Below, piece by piece: positions 10,437 through 19,017 of a stretch of 64,000 nucleotides of DNA. The translations under genes and the position numbers were made by a program. Each line of letters starts with the position of its first letter. The stretch's first letter is position 1. Where the stretch lies: the sequence record PV400809.1. One strand, written 5' to 3'. The notes under the pieces were generated by a model, which saw nothing but the letters and a program-made list of their open reading frames with translations, ran no database searches and was not told the origin of the DNA.

Positions 10437-10470
10437 TACCCTCCCTACCCTTTGCGGGGTAGGGAGGGTA
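10437..10470. terminator. 14-bp hairpin between convergent genes
   Basis: TACCCTCCCTACCC-TTTGCG-GGGTAGGGAGGGTA; A-tract at 10417-10425. Confidence 0.75.
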
Positions 10471-10483
10471 CTGTATGGGTTCA

Positions 10484-10888
10484 TTACGCTTGGCAGAAGA
10501 TATTCCCATCTACGCACGAAACCTCATTGTTCTTGCGAATCATGACTTCTCTGAAGACAACAAAATCCTTCGAATGAGACGCATTGTGTTCCCCAAAGGG
10601 TTCGTGGTGCATGATGTAATGGTCCATCTGCTCTTCCGTAAAGTGTTCAGGAAAGGTCACTTCCCATCCATCATAACGGCGTTTGAAGATCGGGTCTGTG
10701 CAGTCCGGAGAATGCAGGATCCGTATCTTCCCTGCGTATACTCCTAACGAGAAGCTAAAAATACGACCGTTCTCTATTCGCTTAATGGAGTAACGCATAC
10801 CCTTAGCTTCTAGATAGCGCTGAACAACTAGCAGCACGATTACAGCATATGTGGTCAGAAGCACCGCATTTGCGATAACGTTGTACAT
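10484..10888 (-). CDS. Hypothetical protein (134 aa) with N-terminal membrane anchor
   Basis: SD GAGGA; hydrophobic stretch VIANAVLLTTYAVIVLLVV. Confidence 0.7.
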   Translation of the reverse strand: MYNVIANAVLLTTYAVIVLLVVQRYLEAKGMRYSIKRIENGRIFSFSLGVYAGKIRILHSPDCTDPIFKRRYDGWEVTFPEHFTEEQMDHYIMHHEPFGEHNASHSKDFVVFREVMIRKNNEVSCVDGNIFCQA

Positions 10889-10900
10889 AGGTTTATCCTC

Positions 10901-11581
10901 TCATCGAACGTTAAGTTCGTCCACGAATGGACCGATTTTCTTCTTGAAGTTGGATATTTCTAAAGCGAAAATGTCCTTAGTTGAAGTGGTGAACCCATCC
11001 CATAGATTACCTTTAGGACCATATTCCTCCAAAAAGGCCTTATTCAATTTCTTAGAACAAGGGGGTAATCCAGTGAGTACAGCAAACTCGTCGTACAGCT
11101 TTTGATACTTCTGATTGACGACATCCGTTAAGCGCTTAGTGGTGTGAATGACCAGCTCAACGAAGGTGTAGGAAGACATTCGAATAGTATCTGCCCTGAT
11201 AGGCCGACAGGATTGTGAAATGAAACGTTCGTCCTCAGGTGTAAAGATCCCGTCCGCATAATACCGAAGAAACATCCACCCTACTCCTGGAGAGACTTCA
11301 TAGGGATGACGTTTCGTAATAGGACGACCCGTCTCAAGTAACAGGATAATAGTGTAGATAAGCAAAACATCATGTTCTGTTAGATTATCCTGGTGGTCTA
11401 TTAGACGCTTAGCGACGTTAAGGGAATCCAGCAAGTAGTAGTGGTCATACCCATCCTGATGATTATGCTTCAAGTGGTTAAAGACCTTGTGTACTAAATC
11501 CGTGGGAATTCTACCGCCTAGGATAAGTTTGATGTCAGACAGTAATTTGATTTCTCCAAGGGTTTTCGCATCGGCTTCCAT
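10901..11581 (-). CDS. HD-domain-like protein (226 aa) with degenerate metal ligands
   Basis: Start moved to ATG 11581 (SD AGAAGGGA). DGYDHYYLLDSLNVAKRL...LLIYTIILLLETGR...HPYEVS...FTPEDERFI follows the HD-fold pattern but has LE in place of HD. Confidence 0.55.
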   Translation of the reverse strand: MEADAKTLGEIKLLSDIKLILGGRIPTDLVHKVFNHLKHNHQDGYDHYYLLDSLNVAKRLIDHQDNLTEHDVLLIYTIILLLETGRPITKRHPYEVSPGVGWMFLRYYADGIFTPEDERFISQSCRPIRADTIRMSSYTFVELVIHTTKRLTDVVNQKYQKLYDEFAVLTGLPPCSKKLNKAFLEEYGPKGNLWDGFTTSTKDIFALEISNFKKKIGPFVDELNVR

Positions 11582-11599
11582 TGGTGGTATCCCTTCTAG

Positions 11600-11647
11600 A
11601 AAAAAAAAATAAAGATTGGAACAGGGGGAGCAAACGCTCACTCCCCC
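11600..11647 (-). terminator. Hairpin plus downstream T10 tract after the secreted-protein gene
   Basis: GGGGGAG...CTCCCCC at 11624-11647, followed on the minus strand by TGTTCCAATCTTTATTTTTTTTTT. Confidence 0.65.
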
Positions 11648-11654
11648 AACAGGT

Positions 11655-12110
11655 TCAATCTACAACCGTCATGTTGACAAAGGCACCTTCTTTTTCGAAC
11701 TGCTCACGAAGGCTTCCTGTCACACAATGTTCGTAGGCTGTTTCTGTTCCGCTGTTCATAACTTGGATATAACCGCTTTTAGCCTTACCGTTATCATCCA
11801 CCCCGAGGGTATAGAACCAGTTACCCGTCGGGTTGGTTATGAAGACTTCACGGGTAGCGAGATTGGTCTCACGGTGGTAGGAGAACTGTTTACCCATGTC
11901 ATTCCCAGGCTTGGTAAAACTGACTTGGACTTTTTCCGGGTACCCGATGGTCAGGGTCCACAGGTCACCTTGAGGAATCTGGGTCAGCTTGACCTCAGCA
12001 CCGTCCTTCAAGGTGCAGTTGAACATGATTTCTTCATTACCCGCCGCATTGGCCAGTTGCAAGAACAGGAAAGTGAAGACGGTTGAAATAGACAGGAAAA
12101 ACGTTTTCAT
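11655..12110 (-). CDS. Secreted/periplasmic protein (151 aa)
   Basis: Sec signal peptide MKTFFLSISTVFTFLFLQLANA-A (AxA cleavage site); two Cys in the mature part. Confidence 0.75.
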   Translation of the reverse strand: MKTFFLSISTVFTFLFLQLANAAGNEEIMFNCTLKDGAEVKLTQIPQGDLWTLTIGYPEKVQVSFTKPGNDMGKQFSYHRETNLATREVFITNPTGNWFYTLGVDDNGKAKSGYIQVMNSGTETAYEHCVTGSLREQFEKEGAFVNMTVVD

Positions 12111-12172
12111 GGAGTATCCTCATGTGTGCGAAAGTACATCCTTGTGGATGTTGGGTTTCATTCGTTTAGGTG

Positions 12173-12694
12173 TTAAGCAGACTCCCCCCAACCAAAGAAC
12201 CCTGATAGTGCTTTAGACGGGGGTATTCCCTTTGGGGTTTTTATGATCTTCTCTTCCTTGTTCTTATCCTGCGTGCTCCGGTTCACCTGTTGAATCAAGC
12301 GACGGAGACTGATACCGATGTTCTCTTCGATATCATAATCCGTAATCGCCAGACTAAATTGGGCGATTGAGAGCCGACTTCCTCCCAACATAAAGTCTAA
12401 GGCAGGGTTAGCGTTATACGCCAAGGCAAACTTGGATCCGGTCTTGTCACGACCGTTATGTTCGAAGATCACCACAGTACCGCAGTCCGTACCGATCAAA
12501 ATAAGACGACGACCTGTTTTAGGATCCAGTGCTTTAAAGACCTTACCCACTGGGAGTTGAAGTCTTACAGCACCCTCGTACATATTCCCTGAGCTCCTCC
12601 ATTCGGGATCAAAAGCCATTGAGTTATCTATGCGGGCTATCACGTTTTCGAAACGTTTAGCCAACTCAAGACTTTCGTCTAGTATCGCCAGCAT
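12173..12694 (-). CDS. Hypothetical early protein (173 aa)
   Basis: SD AAGGAGG; directly downstream of a promoter-motif copy. Confidence 0.75.
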   Translation of the reverse strand: MLAILDESLELAKRFENVIARIDNSMAFDPEWRSSGNMYEGAVRLQLPVGKVFKALDPKTGRRLILIGTDCGTVVIFEHNGRDKTGSKFALAYNANPALDFMLGGSRLSIAQFSLAITDYDIEENIGISLRRLIQQVNRSTQDKNKEEKIIKTPKGIPPSKALSGFFGWGESA

Positions 12695-12738
12695 AGAGCA
12701 TATCCTCCTTTAATTGACTAAGGAAACCAATGCCTTAT

Positions 12739-12763
12739 TCACCCTAGTGATATAGACCTCAAA
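12739..12763 (-). promoter_or_regulatory. Early (vRNAP-type) promoter motif
   Basis: Minus strand TTTGAGGTCTATATCACTAGGGTGA; core TATATCAC is one mismatch from the phiKZ early consensus TATATTAC. Confidence 0.7.
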
Positions 12764-12789
12764 GAACATGCAAGTTAAAATACGACAAC

Positions 12790-12821
12790 CTACTGCCTAG
12801 CCCATTACGGCTAGGCAGTAG
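12790..12821. terminator. 13-bp hairpin after tmk
   Basis: CTACTGCCTAGCC-CATTAC-GGCTAGGCAGTAG. Confidence 0.7.
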
Positions 12822-12830
12822 TGACGTGTT

Positions 12831-13484
12831 CTAATATTTATTACACAGGCGTTCCAGATAGGTGGTCATTTGATTGAACACCTCGTCTTCACTCACGGTG
12901 GCGTCAATGAGCGCACAGTCACGGCCTGTTTGCCCCATGCGTCGATACGCTGTACGGGCCTTTTCATAGAATTCAACCGTTTGAGAATCCAGACGGTTCA
13001 TACCACCCCGTTGATGGACCCGGTCCAACACCACCTCAACCGGTGCATCCAGAATGAACGTAAAGTGAGGCCAGAAGTCTTGGGTCAGTAAGCGGTGTAA
13101 CTCCAGGATTTTCCCTACCCCCAATCCCCGGGCTTCCCCTTGGTACGCTATGGTCGTATGCACATACCGATCACAGAGTACAAACTTCCCGGCTTGCAAG
13201 CTGGGTTTAACCAAGGTTTCAAGGTGTTGTACCCGAGCCGCATTGAACAACAGGAGTTCCGTCATTTGGCAAGGGCCTTCTTCACCCTCATCCAGCGACA
13301 GGAGCAATTCCCTGATACGGTTACAGTACGGAGTCCCACCTGGTTCTCGGGTCTTAACCACATCCACACCACGTTCTACTAACCAGTTCGCTATGCGATT
13401 AACAACAGTGGTCTTACCCGTTCCATCCAACCCCTCCACCACACAAAACATTCCGGAGTAGAGACTAGCGAAATTCATAGTCAT
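12831..13484 (-). CDS. tmk: Thymidylate (dTMP) kinase
   Basis: EGLDGTGKTT P-loop, TREPGGT, ELLLFNAAR, CDRY and TIAYQG motifs. Confidence 0.95.
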   Translation of the reverse strand: MTMNFASLYSGMFCVVEGLDGTGKTTVVNRIANWLVERGVDVVKTREPGGTPYCNRIRELLLSLDEGEEGPCQMTELLLFNAARVQHLETLVKPSLQAGKFVLCDRYVHTTIAYQGEARGLGVGKILELHRLLTQDFWPHFTFILDAPVEVVLDRVHQRGGMNRLDSQTVEFYEKARTAYRRMGQTGRDCALIDATVSEDEVFNQMTTYLERLCNKY

Positions 13485-13660
13485 TTCCCGATTTTTATTT
13501 CAAAGTTGAATCGCTTGGGTTTCTCATACGTCTTGAGGATACCTGCGTCCCCTTCAGGTCTGCTGGGGTCGTACGGACGGCGTTCTTCAGGAATATGATC
13601 GTAAACCTTACCGAGGGATTCCAGCAGTTTACGGTCGATTTTAACATCGTTGTTAGCCAT
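13481..13660 (-). CDS. Small hypothetical protein (59 aa), not in ORF track
   Basis: SD GGAG 8 nt before ATG; MANNDVKIDRKLLESLGKVYDHIPEERRPYDPSRPEGDAGILKTYEKPKRFNFEIKIGK; its TGA overlaps the tmk ATG (ATGA). Confidence 0.75.
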   Translation of the reverse strand: MANNDVKIDRKLLESLGKVYDHIPEERRPYDPSRPEGDAGILKTYEKPKRFNFEIKIGK

Positions 13661-13683
13661 AACGAATACTCCAGTGTTGTAGG

Positions 13684-14601
13684 CTACTCTCTACTCCGTA
13701 AGATATCATTAATCACACCCAAATAAACCCCCTTAACTTCTTCATAGTCATTCATCCAGTAACCGGATTTCCTCCTGATGATACCCTGGGTGATCTCATG
13801 CAGTGTTCCACCAAGATCATCTTCTATCTCTAGGTCTTTAGGGGTGGGCAACCCTACCAATAACCTCATCGCAGGGGTGGAGTCTTTCAAACGAAAGACA
13901 AAGCGTTGAGTCGGTAGAGGAATACCTGCCCTTTCCCACTCTACCTCCTTCTCCTTAGAGACCGTAAGGACCACTTCATCGTTCTCTTTTAGAGTATACC
14001 AATGTGAAATGAGATTGGGGAGTACTAGCTCTTTCAATTCCCCGGGAAGATCGTTGTAAAGGATTCGCTTAGGGACATCCCACAATGGGGCTATAAATGG
14101 CCGACAACCTATGTCCGTGCCCGCCAATTTACCGAGTGTGGCGGGAAGATTCAACAGTACCTGGTAATCTGATTCACTCCATTCATTGATGTTTAACGTG
14201 TGTTCTGAGGTGTCTTCCTGTATGAACCCTATCCACGTACTGGGGAATAGGTGAATGTTACTCCGAGACGCCTGCATCATCCCCAATACCACATTCAGGG
14301 ATTGATTAGCAATATGAACGAATGGACTCTGTCTGTTGCTATCAATGGTGTAAATGGAAGGAACGGCCATACTCGTGTCCATCATCACGAAGGTCTTTCC
14401 AATGGACCCTGGGTAGTCATCCGTGTGATCTCTGAAATAGTCTTCCACTTTAGCGAGTGCCATTAATTCCACCAAGGTCACGCATGCACTACCCGTGGCA
14501 TTCACCAAGCAAGGATTCACTGTATGGCCTGCTTTCATGGCTTTATGATACATCGCCACAGATTCCACCCCACCACTCCAAGCCAAATTAATAACAGCCA
14601 T
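13684..14601 (-). CDS. QueC-like PP-loop (adenine nucleotide alpha-hydrolase) protein, 305 aa
   Basis: N-terminal LAWSGGVES (SGGxDS family) and FIAPLWDVPK (QueC xxPLxxxxK-like); no C-terminal Cys Zn cluster; SD GGAGG. Confidence 0.65.
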   Translation of the reverse strand: MAVINLAWSGGVESVAMYHKAMKAGHTVNPCLVNATGSACVTLVELMALAKVEDYFRDHTDDYPGSIGKTFVMMDTSMAVPSIYTIDSNRQSPFVHIANQSLNVVLGMMQASRSNIHLFPSTWIGFIQEDTSEHTLNINEWSESDYQVLLNLPATLGKLAGTDIGCRPFIAPLWDVPKRILYNDLPGELKELVLPNLISHWYTLKENDEVVLTVSKEKEVEWERAGIPLPTQRFVFRLKDSTPAMRLLVGLPTPKDLEIEDDLGGTLHEITQGIIRRKSGYWMNDYEEVKGVYLGVINDILRSRE

Positions 14602-14629
14602 TCTCTTTCCTCCAAATAAATAAAGAAAC

Positions 14630-14658
14630 CAGTAGGTAGGGGTATCCCCTACCTACTG
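14630..14658. terminator. 13-bp hairpin
   Basis: CAGTAGGTAGGGG-TAT-CCCCTACCTACTG; minus-strand GTTTCTTTATTTATTT follows. Confidence 0.7.
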
Positions 14659-14667
14659 ATCGTCTGG

Positions 14668-15003
14668 TTATTGCGGTTGATAGTGAGCAATGATCTCTTT
14701 AAGTACCGCAGTGAGATCTTCCTCGTGGAAGGCGATCCGTTCTCGCGTGGACAGACTGATAATCCCCAAAGAGACATATTCACCCGTAGGGGTCAGTTTA
14801 GCCACCGGTGTTTCCCGGGATGGGAAATGGTAGAACCAAACCCCATTCGGACTGATAACGGCGGTCAACCCGTTACGACCTTCGGTCTGGTATACCGTGG
14901 GCGTTTGATCCTTCCCCTGTTCTTTAAGAACCTCCAACAGTTGGAAGAACGTGTCCAAAAGCGTCTTACTGGTTGCTTTGGTACAGAACGAATCCCCTCT
15001 CAC
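14668..15003 (-). CDS. Hypothetical protein (111 aa)
   Basis: 4-nt overlap with upstream Nudix gene; fits the operon. Confidence 0.65.
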   Translation of the reverse strand: MRGDSFCTKATSKTLLDTFFQLLEVLKEQGKDQTPTVYQTEGRNGLTAVISPNGVWFYHFPSRETPVAKLTPTGEYVSLGIISLSTRERIAFHEEDLTAVLKEIIAHYQPQ

Positions 15004-15818
15004 TGACCCTGCCCCTTGATGATATCCACAATCTGGTCAATCCGGTTGATGATCAAACCTGACCAAGGTTCGAACCCAACGAGTTCACCGTCATCCGATT
15101 TGATGGGGGCATCTTTGTTGGTATGCTGAGCGATCAACTCTTTGACCGTAAACCACCCCATATCCTTGTTGTTCACTTCGTTGGACATATCGAACGTGGT
15201 GTTGTGTTCCACCACCGGAACCAGACAGATAACACCGACGTGAATATTCCCAACGTACCCGGGCTCACCCTTATCCATTACGAACCCAATAGGAAACGCC
15301 TTCTGAGTAACTTCTTCGGTGATATCACCCCGGTTAAATGAGTAGAAGGAGACCTCCTCCAGGAATTCACGACGGAGATTAGCCTCCACGGTATGAGCCC
15401 AATCGATCACCGAAGTTTCCCCGTAGAACTTATCAGCTTCCAGGTAGTGGGAAATGTCTTCCTTCTCGATATGACCCCCGGGGGCCAGGGACAAGCAGCT
15501 ACTCAGGCGTTGATCCCCAGCTTTCTTGGTACGTTGATACACTGCGAACTCGATATTCCCATCGGTACTGATACGGTACGGGAGACCGTAGGCAATCCCT
15601 TGACGGAAGAGTTCATGCTGGTTGTTCAGGGAACGAACAGAACCCATGACCGCACTATCCAGTTCGTTCAGGATCTTGATGGTGGCTTCTTGCCCCAAGA
15701 TCGTGGCCTCGTTAACAGGCACCAAGGCTTCAACACTGGGAGAATGAACCCCGTAGGTGAATTCACCGTACTTCTTGAATTCGTGCGACTCTTTAACCAC
15801 TTGTTTAGGGACGATCAT
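15000..15818 (-). CDS. Nudix/MutT-family hydrolase (COG4112/YmaB-like)
   Basis: YQRTKKAGDQRLSSCLSLAPGGHIE...NLRREFLEEV...IGFVMD...VGNIHVG pattern. Confidence 0.8.
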   Translation of the reverse strand: MIVPKQVVKESHEFKKYGEFTYGVHSPSVEALVPVNEATILGQEATIKILNELDSAVMGSVRSLNNQHELFRQGIAYGLPYRISTDGNIEFAVYQRTKKAGDQRLSSCLSLAPGGHIEKEDISHYLEADKFYGETSVIDWAHTVEANLRREFLEEVSFYSFNRGDITEEVTQKAFPIGFVMDKGEPGYVGNIHVGVICLVPVVEHNTTFDMSNEVNNKDMGWFTVKELIAQHTNKDAPIKSDDGELVGFEPWSGLIINRIDQIVDIIKGQGQ

Positions 15819-15830
15819 GGAATAAACCTC

Positions 15831-16136
15831 TTAGTTGACAGTGGAAGTGGGGGGTGTTGCGGCTTTGAGTTTCTCTGAGATCTGTTCAAAGATCAGCGAG
15901 AGAGCTTTTTCAGTGTCCTTACGGCTAAACGGACTCCCTTCAATATTCACGGTGATATCACCGTCACTGGGGATTTCGATCGTGGCATACACCACACCCT
16001 CCTTCCCCTGTTCAATGACAATGAAGGTTTCGAGATGCCCCATCATAACCCTCAAGGGTTTATATTCAAACGTCCGAATCACCGAAGGTTCAGCTTCCAG
16101 CGCCATCTCGAACGTGATGATGTTATCACTTAGCAT
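15831..16136 (-). CDS. Hypothetical protein (101 aa)
   Basis: SD GAGGGG; operon packing. Confidence 0.7.
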   Translation of the reverse strand: MLSDNIITFEMALEAEPSVIRTFEYKPLRVMMGHLETFIVIEQGKEGVVYATIEIPSDGDITVNIEGSPFSRKDTEKALSLIFEQISEKLKAATPPTSTVN

Positions 16137-16138
16137 AT

Positions 16139-16810
16139 CTACCCCTCATGGTCTTGAAATCGGTTAGGCTGAATCATTAGGCGCGAGAGACCCTTCTTAC
16201 CCAGCATGAACCATTGGATCTGTAACCCTATCCCTACAAGGTCCTCTTCCGTCAGGATGTCATCCATTACTTCGTACTTGAGGACCTGGTTTCCAGAATG
16301 GATGCTCCCAATGAGGGCATCACTGTCCCCATTCACTACCGCGGCATACCAATCCGTATCGTTCAGGGTTTCAAAATACTCGTTTTTCGCACTGTAGTAA
16401 CGGATAAGGTAACCCGTTTCACCCCGGATGGTCAGTCGAATCGTCCGAGACTCCGCCTCCCAGAAGGTCCCTTCCGCATCCGGTTCCGTAACGACGATGT
16501 GACTCAGATGCTTTAACCCCCCTACCTCGATCAGTCCAGTGGGTTTAACCTTATTGATCTGATCTTTCAATTGGGTATGGATATCGGCCAACAACTCGGC
16601 ATCTACGAGATCCACTCGGTAACTGGAGAATGAGAACCCAGTTGGACTATCTTCAATCCGAGCAATCGTCCCTTCTGCATTCCAGAGGGTAACCTCCCAG
16701 CCTTCACCCTTACGGGTATAATCAAACCGGAAATACAGGTTGTTCTTGATAGCAATAGGGATACCGCGTTGATTGTCCTCCCAATTGATGGCTTTAAATA
16801 AACGTTTCAT
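16139..16810 (-). CDS. Hypothetical protein (223 aa)
   Basis: SD AAGGA; operon packing. Confidence 0.75.
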   Translation of the reverse strand: MKRLFKAINWEDNQRGIPIAIKNNLYFRFDYTRKGEGWEVTLWNAEGTIARIEDSPTGFSFSSYRVDLVDAELLADIHTQLKDQINKVKPTGLIEVGGLKHLSHIVVTEPDAEGTFWEAESRTIRLTIRGETGYLIRYYSAKNEYFETLNDTDWYAAVVNGDSDALIGSIHSGNQVLKYEVMDDILTEEDLVGIGLQIQWFMLGKKGLSRLMIQPNRFQDHEG

Positions 16811-16862
16811 CGCGAACAGTCCTTGGAATAGGGAAGGGGTAGTTGCCTACCCCTAGGTAAGA

Positions 16863-17237
16863 TTACTCTTGCGGAGGAATGAGGGTGGTACGGTTGTCGC
16901 AGTGTTCCTTGATGAACGACCGGTGGATGGCATAGGTGACCATAACCAAGAACTTCTCGAGATACTCGATGAGGTTCTTTTCGTCAACGCTGGATTTCGG
17001 TATCGAAAAGGTGATACCTTCGGAACGGGCGCGGTAATGCACCAGCAGTTCATCATCACGCTCGACGACGATGTCAGCAACCAACGCGCCCGGCCGCGCT
17101 TTCAGCTTGACCTCGCCGATGTAGAACTCGACGATCGACGCGTTCATCTGGAAGGTAAGGGTTTGGAGCCCGAACATCATCGCTTCGATACGCTGCTCCA
17201 TTGGAGTCTCAGCCAAACTCTCTTGGGTGTATTGCAT
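16863..17237 (-). CDS. Hypothetical protein (124 aa)
   Basis: TAATG overlap with upstream gene; SD AAGGAG. Confidence 0.75.
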   Translation of the reverse strand: MQYTQESLAETPMEQRIEAMMFGLQTLTFQMNASIVEFYIGEVKLKARPGALVADIVVERDDELLVHYRARSEGITFSIPKSSVDEKNLIEYLEKFLVMVTYAIHRSFIKEHCDNRTTLIPPQE

Positions 17238-17482
17238 TACTTAAGCTCCTTACAGTTGATGGTCAAGGTAACAAGACCTTTGGTGATGGATTTGCGGGCT
17301 TTGAGGTATTCCTTGCCTTGCGAGAAGATGTTGTTCTGCAAGCCGTGATGTTCAACAACCTGGCGCATGGCGGCCGAGCATTGAGTTGAATCATCCAACA
17401 AGGTGGATGTTGTAGCAACGTTGTCGTTGTTACCCATGCTGAGGATGTTTATGGTGACCAACAGCAGTGCTTTCGCGCTCAT
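17237..17482 (-). CDS. Small protein (81 aa) with hydrophobic N-terminus and two Cys
   Basis: ATGA overlap with upstream gene and TAATG overlap with downstream gene. Confidence 0.65.
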   Translation of the reverse strand: MSAKALLLVTINILSMGNNDNVATTSTLLDDSTQCSAAMRQVVEHHGLQNNIFSQGKEYLKARKSITKGLVTLTINCKELK

Positions 17483-18270
17483 GGTAGTAACCTGTGTGCT
17501 CTGAGCGAGGGGTGCTCTTCCAGCATCCTTTCTCGCATGGGGTCAATGAAATCATGAAGAACCTCAATCAACCGACCACGGCTGAGGTCGGCAGTCCCGA
17601 AAGGTTCCTTGCGCAGCTTGCCGTGAGGGTTGGTACCAAACAACGCCAACGGCTTGCTCTCTTCGGTCTGCGGGGTAACCACATGTTCACGTAAAGCGAA
17701 CTCCCAACTGTCGTCCGTCCAATGCACTGCGAGGGTGTAAGGGGGGCTCTCAAAGTCCCACTTGACGCTAACCCTACCTGGCAGAATCAGTGGACTGAGG
17801 ATGTCCTTGATACGCTTGGCGACGATCAGCAACTCTTCCTCGAACAATACCTCGCCAGAGAGACCTGTTTCGAAGTCGATGGTCGGCGCAAGATTCACCC
17901 GTGCAGGTGCGTTCTCAACTGCAATTTTGTAAGCGCCGAGGAGACGAATAGCGTCGGTCGAGTTGAACAGCTGCTCGTTGCGCAGGTTAATGTCCAAGCC
18001 CAGTCGGCCTTCATCGTCCGGTTCACTCACACCGATGGAGGCGATGTAGGTACTGCCGCATGCCGTGATCTTGTAAACCTCCATCGATTTACCACGGTTG
18101 ATAGTATTATCGAGAATGAACCCCGATTGACGTTGCGGGGTTGCTTCGGTGGCCAGGTGTACTTCGCCGCGCAAGTAGACCGGTGGGGTCTTACGCGGAT
18201 CGTTGGTGTTGGCTAGGACCAGCCATTCTTTCAGGAAAGAAGCGAGGGTGTGCAGGTCAGTAGTTTTCAT
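17479..18270 (-). CDS. Hypothetical protein (263 aa)
   Basis: Long ORF on the same strand as the rest of the island. Confidence 0.75.
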   Translation of the reverse strand: MKTTDLHTLASFLKEWLVLANTNDPRKTPPVYLRGEVHLATEATPQRQSGFILDNTINRGKSMEVYKITACGSTYIASIGVSEPDDEGRLGLDINLRNEQLFNSTDAIRLLGAYKIAVENAPARVNLAPTIDFETGLSGEVLFEEELLIVAKRIKDILSPLILPGRVSVKWDFESPPYTLAVHWTDDSWEFALREHVVTPQTEESKPLALFGTNPHGKLRKEPFGTADLSRGRLIEVLHDFIDPMRERMLEEHPSLRAHRLLP

Positions 18271-18391
18271 TTATACATGGGGTCCTTTCAACGTGGTAGA
18301 TGAGGATAAAGAATGCGTAAGCCTGCTGTAATACTACCAATGATGTACTGGCCTTCAACCCCCGCACTCCTTAAATCAAAAAATAGTCCCT

Positions 18392-18426
18392 ATAAAGCTA
18401 GTGGTCCTAACGGCCACTAGCTTTAT
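18392..18426. terminator. 13-bp hairpin after the 146-aa gene
   Basis: ATAAAGCTAGTGG...CCACTAGCTTTAT; minus-strand TATTTTTT about 7 nt downstream. Confidence 0.7.
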
Positions 18427-18437
18427 TGAAGGAATGC

Positions 18438-18878
18438 TTACTCGAACAGCTTGGCGGCCTGTTCCTGGCTGGCCGTACGTTGGGTTTCCAACCAAACGGC
18501 TTGTTCTTCGGTATGCGTGTAATCGACTGCGGTGGTGCTTTGCCCCCACAGATAATCTTCACCCACTTTCTGTTTCAGGTGATGCTGGGAATTGATGTTC
18601 AACCCCCCGAGGTTCAGGGTACCGTCGACGGTGGTCAGTTCCTTGTTGTTTTCGAATTGACTCCGGGCGATCTGGGAGGTGGCTGTTTCAACCTGCGCGC
18701 TGATATCGTTGAAGAAATTGACATGCTGGAGAATGCTGTCTTGGGTAACACCCTTAGGCAGTTCCACCTTCTCCGAATCGAACGTGATGTGGTTGGTGGC
18801 CTTATTGTAGTCGTGCGCGTCTACCAGACCTTTAACGCCCTTTTCCATCCATTCGCCGTATTCTTTATTGATCGACAT
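18438..18878 (-). CDS. Hypothetical early protein (146 aa)
   Basis: SD AGAGG; own promoter motif upstream and terminator downstream. Confidence 0.8.
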   Translation of the reverse strand: MSINKEYGEWMEKGVKGLVDAHDYNKATNHITFDSEKVELPKGVTQDSILQHVNFFNDISAQVETATSQIARSQFENNKELTTVDGTLNLGGLNINSQHHLKQKVGEDYLWGQSTTAVDYTHTEEQAVWLETQRTASQEQAAKLFE

Positions 18879-18974
18879 AACAACCTCTTACTGTCCAAAA
18901 GTGGTGGTGTGACGACACCAAGACAAAGCAAGGGAAGTGGTGTACTGCCCTCGTCAGGTAGGTCCTGATGTCGC

Positions 18975-18999
18975 TCACCCAAGTAATATAGACCTGAAA
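18975..18999 (-). promoter_or_regulatory. Early promoter motif
   Basis: Minus strand TTTCAGGTCTATATTACTTGGGTGA with exact TATATTAC. Confidence 0.8.
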
Positions 19000-19017
19000 T
19001 CTTTTGGGCGAAACCCC

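Noticed and set aside
11600-11609. A10 run as a possible phase-variation or frameshift site
   Set aside because: With the start at 11581 the run is intergenic and is explained as a terminator T-tract on the minus strand
13684-14601. 7-deazaguanine DNA-modification pathway
   Set aside because: Only one divergent QueC-like gene is present, with no folE, queD, queE or dpdA in the window and no Zn-Cys cluster; kept only as an orphan-enzyme finding
18266-18367. Possible 33-codon TTG-start ORF after AAGGAG upstream of the 263-aa gene
   Set aside because: Short, with a rare start and no other support. The region also has a weak promoter-like TACATCATTGG, too divergent to call.
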